From NCBI GenBank assembly GCA_018898455.1, contig JAHIJO010000232.1:1-32831 (forward strand): a stretch of DNA of 32,831 nucleotides. The letters are read 5' to 3'. The notes beneath the pieces were generated by a model. The model was given only the letters and a program-made list of their open reading frames with translations. It searched no databases and had not been told where the DNA came from. The position numbers and the translations under genes are program-made. This DNA is from Verrucomicrobiota bacterium. GTDB taxonomy: Bacteria > Verrucomicrobiota > Kiritimatiellia > JAAZAB01. Positions 28,253-32,831 of the stretch are shown piece by piece (within the stretch, counting starts at the first letter, position 1; each line of letters starts with the position of its first letter).

Positions 28253-28941
28253 CCGTCGGACTTTTAGGTACTTTTCGTGAAGCGCTGCACGCACATTTGC
28301 CCATGACAATCAATCCGTGCACACTCTATATGACGCGTCTGCGGATTGACAGCAAAATCCGCCTCCATAAGCAATGGCGATCAGCCATTGAGGGTTTCGA
28401 CGACACAGGGCCAAAATACGACCGAATCGTCCCGCGATTCCTTCCCATGTATACCTGATGGAATTTGCCAAGGCCATCCCAAGCTTGACATTCATCGGTC
28501 CGTTTTATATGACTCGGACGAATAGAGCGTGATGATCTCGGAAATATCGAACAACTGATCCAGAACGGAATCGAGACTCATATCGAGCCGGTCCTTGGCC
28601 GCGGTTCTTTGAAGCATGAAGGAGGGTCAGGGCCAGCACACAATAGAAGGCATGCACAGGTAGCGGCCTCATCAGGCACTGGACAAACGAACACCTCCGA
28701 AGGTATATTCCGTCGAGATTGAGTTGCGCCCGCCCCCGACCACCCACAATGGACGGAGAGGAAAGGCAAATAAAAAGGTGGAACAACGAGCAACCATTAG
28801 CGTATCCTGCAATCGGAACTGTCCAACCAACGGGGAGAAGCTCTCGAACAATACATAACTATGAAACGCGGGACAGCCTGAACAGAGGATCACCCGTACG
28901 AAAGCCGCTGCGGCGAAGGGTTGCCCCATAAGGAGATGGTC

Positions 28942-30108
28942 ATGACGGCCCTGTGTCCGCTGTGCGGTTCTGCGCGGCATGAACAGATATACCACCAGAA
29001 GGCTCTGCCGCTTGTCAGCAACACCGTGTACGGAACGGCATCCGAAGCCATTGCATGCGCCAAAGAACCTGTTATCCTGCATCTCTGCCGGCAGTGCGGC
29101 CTTGTGTTCAACCCCTCCTTTGATTCGAGCAAGATCGCTTACGATACGCACTACGACAACCGCCGGGATTCTTCTCCGCGGTACCGGCGCTATCTGGACG
29201 AATTGACGACGACCCTCAAGAATGCGTATGGGCTGACAAGAAAAAATGTTCTCGAGGTGGGATGCGGCCAGGGGGACTTTTTGCGTCTATTTACACAGGT
29301 GAGCGAATCAAGCGGAGCGGGGTATGACCCTGCGTATCAGGGACCTGAACAGTTCGGGGCAACATCTTTCGTGCGCGCCCCATTTGTTCCGGGCCGGCAA
29401 ACGACGCCCTACAACACCTTGATCCTTCGCCACGTTCTGGAGCACATTGAACAACCAGGGCTGTTTGTTCAAGCTGCTCTTGACAGCCTGGTTACGGCGG
29501 ATGATGTTAGTGTCGTTGTCGAAGTTCCCTGTTTTGCCTGGATCCTTGACGCTGGCGCCTATTGGGATATTGCATACGAGCACTGCAATTACTTTACCAG
29601 GGAATCCTTGTCTTTCCTCTTCGACCAAGCGGGGATAGAGGTTATGGATGTACAGAATGTCTTCGAAGGCCAGTACTTGCTCGCCGTCGGCAAGGCTCGC
29701 CAACGATCCCGACTGCCGCACGCTTTTTGTCAGCGTCCCGTCCCGCAGAAGGAATTCGAACATGCTCTATGCCCGAAGCTCAGGACCTTTGAACAAAAAC
29801 GTGCGTCGATTACCCATCAGCTGGGGCAGTTCGATCAGTTTACCATCTGGGGAGTAGCCGGAAAGGGAGTTACCTTTGTGAATCTGCTCGATCAAGATCA
29901 GCTGGACAAAATCCCCTTTTTGATCGATATGAATCCGAACAAGCAGAGAAAATACTGCCCCGGCACGGACAAGCTGATTGTCCCACCCTCCGTCTTGGCC
30001 GGCGAAACGCAAGTACGCGTCATCCTTTTGATGAACCCCATCTATTATGACGAGATAACGGAACAAACGAACACGTTTGGTAATACGTACCACCTGTTGG
30101 TTCCTTGA
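28942..30108 (+). CDS. Second TylCIII-type C-methyltransferase, distantly related to 24039..25271.
   Basis: A Zn ribbon (CPLCGS...CRQCG) is present. The SAM motif I is VLEVGCGQGDFL. The C-methyltransferase motif is YEHCNYFT. AAGGAG lies 6 nt upstream of the chosen ATG 28942, and the track ORF starts at TTG 28921. Confidence 0.65.
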   Translation: MTALCPLCGSARHEQIYHQKALPLVSNTVYGTASEAIACAKEPVILHLCRQCGLVFNPSFDSSKIAYDTHYDNRRDSSPRYRRYLDELTTTLKNAYGLTRKNVLEVGCGQGDFLRLFTQVSESSGAGYDPAYQGPEQFGATSFVRAPFVPGRQTTPYNTLILRHVLEHIEQPGLFVQAALDSLVTADDVSVVVEVPCFAWILDAGAYWDIAYEHCNYFTRESLSFLFDQAGIEVMDVQNVFEGQYLLAVGKARQRSRLPHAFCQRPVPQKEFEHALCPKLRTFEQKRASITHQLGQFDQFTIWGVAGKGVTFVNLLDQDQLDKIPFLIDMNPNKQRKYCPGTDKLIVPPSVLAGETQVRVILLMNPIYYDEITEQTNTFGNTYHLLVP

Positions 30109-30119
30109 AGGAGATGACC

Positions 30120-30842
30120 ATGCGCGACGACATTTCACCCCTGCGAAAATATGTTGCTGTTAATAAAGATAAAGACGAGCTGGCTTTACAGACGCAAGCT
30201 CGACAATGGATATGTCTCGCTCATCAGAACAAATTATCCTATGAAATTGACTGGCTGGGTGTTCCAATTATTCAGACACCGGAAGACATGGTCTTGATGC
30301 AGGAACTTCTCTACACCGTGAGACCGGATATCCTCATCGAAACGGGAATCGCCCACGGCGGGTCCCTCATCTACTATGCCTCGCTGTTTGAACTCATCGG
30401 AAAGGGCTTGGTCATTGGCATTGACAGGGAAATCAGGCCAAATAACCGCGCAGTGATAGACGCTCATGCCATGAGAAAGCGAATCGTGATGATCGAGGGA
30501 GATTCCGTTTCTGACGAGACGCTGATAGCCGTGCGAGACCTGGTCCCCGAGGGCAAACGCACGGTTGTTTGTCTCGACGCCGATCACACGAAACAACACG
30601 TCCTCCGCGAACTTGATCGGTACCATCATTTCGTGGATATCGGGTCGTACCTAGTTGTGTTTGATACGTGCAGTTCCATGTTGGCGGAGCATGGGGTCGT
30701 CGGTCCCGAATGGCGCCATAATGGCCCGAAAGAGGCCGTCGCCGAGTTCCTCAATCTCCACAAAACCTTTGCGGTGGATACTTCCTACGATAAATTGTAT
30801 GTATCCCATAATCAAGGCGGTTTTCTCAAGCGTATCGCCTGA
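30120..30842 (+). CDS. CmcI-family class I SAM-dependent methyltransferase (sugar O-methyltransferase type).
   Basis: At ~240 aa it has a layout like CmcI/rhamnosyl-O-methyltransferase proteins (WLGVPIIQTPEDMVLMQELLYTVRPDILIETGIAHGGS...VIGIDREI). AAGGAG lies 6 nt upstream of ATG 30120. Confidence 0.55.
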   Translation: MRDDISPLRKYVAVNKDKDELALQTQARQWICLAHQNKLSYEIDWLGVPIIQTPEDMVLMQELLYTVRPDILIETGIAHGGSLIYYASLFELIGKGLVIGIDREIRPNNRAVIDAHAMRKRIVMIEGDSVSDETLIAVRDLVPEGKRTVVCLDADHTKQHVLRELDRYHHFVDIGSYLVVFDTCSSMLAEHGVVGPEWRHNGPKEAVAEFLNLHKTFAVDTSYDKLYVSHNQGGFLKRIA

Positions 30843-30880
30843 GCGACGCGCTTGATGGCTGCAAACCTGGTGCCCTACTC

Positions 30881-32557
30881 GTGCCAACTATACTGCTACT
30901 GGTTATCCCAAATTATTCGATCAAAATGCTAGAAGAAGATGCCGCCCTTGCTCGCGGCGGCCAAGGTGATTTCACCAAGAGCGTTGACTGGGGGATATCC
31001 GTTCCCATCGGGATCTTGTATATTGCGGCAAACCTCCGGGCGCATGGCCATGAAGTGCGCATTCTTGATTTGCACAGAGCTTTTAAGCAATGCCGCGATA
31101 ATGGCTATTTTGCCACCCACACGTTGCCATCTTTCTTTGAGGAATTCTTTGATGAAACGGTGCGGGACATGTTGCCGGATATTCTCGGATTGAGTTGTCT
31201 GTTCAACGTTTCGTCAAGCACGGCTCTTCATCTTGCGCAGCGCTGCCAACAGTTCTTTCCATCAGTGGCCGTGGTCATGGGAGGACATTACCCTACCAGT
31301 GAGTATCCCGCTCTGGTCCGTGATGGTAGCGCTAACTATATTCTCCTTGGAGAGGCGGAAGAGTCGTTCGCTCTTTTATGCGATCACTTTACCGATCCCG
31401 ACCGCGACGCTCTTCTCGCGGCCTCTCCGGGCATTGTTCAGGCAAAGGCGCTTTCTGCTTATGACCACAGGGCGGTAGTGGTTCAGGACCTAGACGCATT
31501 ACCCATGCCTGATCTGGACATGTTGCCACACCGGGATGAGTATCTTCTTGCTTCGTTACATGCCGAACGGGTCGGGGTAGCGTTGGCTGGAAAGACGATC
31601 AAGGCAGCGCCTCTTTTTACCACCCGCGGATGCCCGATGCACTGTACATTTTGCGCTTCATTCGCTGTCCATGGCAGGAAAGTCAGGGCGCATTCCATAG
31701 ACTACCTGATGAGATGCATCAACGTTCTGGTGGCTCGATACGGGGTCAACCATCTGCTGATTGAAGACGATATGTTCAACTATTCCATATCGCGTTCATG
31801 TGCCTTTTGCGACGCTGTTTACAAAAGGTACGGAAACCATTTCACGATCGAGTTCCCCAACGGGTTCGCAATATGGAATCTTAACAATGAACTGGCCGCC
31901 AAGCTCAAGAAGATCGGTCTGTCTTCGGTAACGGTGGGAGTCGAGAGCGGCAGCCCTTATGTCCAGAAGCATATTTTGAAGAAGAATCTCAACTTGACAC
32001 GCGTACGCGAAAACATACGTCTTTTTCAGGCCCATGGAATCGGGGTACGCGCCTTTTTTATCGTCGGCTTTGTCGGCGAGACACTTAAAATGATGGAGGA
32101 GACGGTGCAGTTTGCTCTGAGTCTGAATATCGACTGGGCTGAGGTCAAGATATTCACTCCGCTGGTCGGCAGCGAGATGTATGCGTGCGCGCATGATAAG
32201 GGGTATCTGATCGGCGACATGAGCGAGCACGTGTATGGTCGCTGTTGCGTTAAGACCCCTGAGTTTTCGCCTGAAGAGGTCAAACAGGTCCAGTATGACG
32301 CCAATATCAGGATTAATTTTCTTAACAACCTTTTTTTGAGAGAAAAGCGTTTCATGGAAGCAGAGAAAGTATTCAAGGGGCTTTTGGCTCGATTTCCAGG
32401 ACATGTCTTTGCCCAGTGGGGTTTGGAACAGGCTCTGGCTGGTCAGGGAAAAGAGAAACAGGCGCAGGAGGCACACGACGATATGCTGGGGATGGCAGAC
32501 CGTTCCACGCTCGTAGCAGAGTTGCTGAAGAAGTATGGCATCTTGCGCTCAGATTAG
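30881..32557 (+). CDS. B12-binding-domain radical SAM enzyme (class B radical SAM, candidate methyltransferase).
   Basis: An N-terminal Rossmann-like B12-binding region (TILLLVIPNY...GILYIAANLRAHGHEVRILDL) is present. The radical SAM cluster motif is TTRGCPMHCTFC (C-x3-C-x2-C). It is 558 aa. The GTG start at 30881 lacks a clear SD, and the alternative ATG at 30926 would drop the first beta-strand of the B12 domain. Confidence 0.7.
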   Translation: MPTILLLVIPNYSIKMLEEDAALARGGQGDFTKSVDWGISVPIGILYIAANLRAHGHEVRILDLHRAFKQCRDNGYFATHTLPSFFEEFFDETVRDMLPDILGLSCLFNVSSSTALHLAQRCQQFFPSVAVVMGGHYPTSEYPALVRDGSANYILLGEAEESFALLCDHFTDPDRDALLAASPGIVQAKALSAYDHRAVVVQDLDALPMPDLDMLPHRDEYLLASLHAERVGVALAGKTIKAAPLFTTRGCPMHCTFCASFAVHGRKVRAHSIDYLMRCINVLVARYGVNHLLIEDDMFNYSISRSCAFCDAVYKRYGNHFTIEFPNGFAIWNLNNELAAKLKKIGLSSVTVGVESGSPYVQKHILKKNLNLTRVRENIRLFQAHGIGVRAFFIVGFVGETLKMMEETVQFALSLNIDWAEVKIFTPLVGSEMYACAHDKGYLIGDMSEHVYGRCCVKTPEFSPEEVKQVQYDANIRINFLNNLFLREKRFMEAEKVFKGLLARFPGHVFAQWGLEQALAGQGKEKQAQEAHDDMLGMADRSTLVAELLKKYGILRSD

Positions 32558-32566
32558 TCTGACGAC

Positions 32567-32661
32567 CATGCGTTAAGCCACGGTCTCAGGAAAACTGACA
32601 TGATCTTAGCCAACGAAAAGAGTCAGGCAACCATTATCAAAATGTTCATGCGTGGCTTAAG
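32567..32661. repeat. Inverted repeat (10-bp arms TTAAGCCACG / CGTGGCTTAA, each preceded by CATGCG) downstream of the radical SAM gene. Significance is unknown.
   Basis: The sequence reads CATGCGTTAAGCCACG...(~68 nt)...CATGCGTGGCTTAAG. The spacer holds no convincing ORF. Confidence 0.3.
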
Positions 32662-32831
32662 ACCCACACATATCTAGAGCCTGTCCCACGGGGGAATAAA
32701 TTTAGATACCCCCTGGGCGATCAATACCCCAACAGATAACATTTTCCGGCCGGGTAATTCCAATTTCACATATCGCCGCTAAAACTCCCGCAAAACGGGG
32801 TATAACGATGGGCGTGTTTTTAGCCCATTCC

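Noticed and set aside
28690-28790. A cobalamin riboswitch upstream of the B12-radical SAM operon.
   Set aside because: Only loose resemblances to the consensus are present (GGTATATTCCG against GGTGAAAATCC; GCCCGCCCCCGACCAC against GCTGCCCCCGCAACTG; GGAGAGGAAAGGC against GGGAAGGC). No B12-box AGCCAGGAGACCTGCC-like element is present. An Infernal search with RF00174 would be needed, and I do not consider it supported.

Overview
This 32.8-kb window comes from a moderately GC-rich bacterial chromosome (hand counts about 60% GC over the first ~19 kb). Positions 1-19.4 kb look core-like. They hold a frameshifted EamA/DMT transporter remnant with a downstream hairpin terminator, a 2,961-aa cyclic beta-1,2-glucan synthase-like gene (GT84-type transferase plus GH94-type phosphorylase architecture), maf, and a tRNA-dihydrouridine synthase. 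They also hold an NfeD-flotillin operon followed by a small nucleotidyltransferase-fold gene, a 2x[4Fe-4S]-ferredoxin/nitroreductase fusion, a small unknown ORF, a radical SAM gene that I recognise as the putative DNA modification/repair family (TIGR03916), and an ArnT/PMT-family membrane glycosyltransferase. From ~19.4 kb the region looks accessory. A AAA ATPase (Walker A, DUF4143-like) cassette lies between two copies of the 5' end of the ArnT/PMT-like gene (the second copy truncated), and a 37-bp perfect palindrome abuts its start codon. A G9 homopolymer follows. Then comes an ~11-kb lower-GC (about 47-50% by hand count) nucleotide-sugar modification island in two divergent operons. One operon carries a GHMP kinase, a sugar-1-P nucleotidyltransferase, two SDR enzymes, an RmlC-like cupin epimerase, a GT2 and a TylCIII-type C-methyltransferase. 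The other carries a second TylCIII-type C-methyltransferase, a CmcI-type methyltransferase and a B12-binding radical SAM enzyme. The most interesting candidate is this multi-methyltransferase sugar pathway, possibly delivered by an ArnC/ArnT-like lipid-linked route. I recognised no rRNA, tRNA, CRISPR array or transposase. Coordinates for sites I counted by hand (hairpins, repeats) may be off by 1-2 nt, whereas CDS coordinates are anchored to the supplied ORF track.
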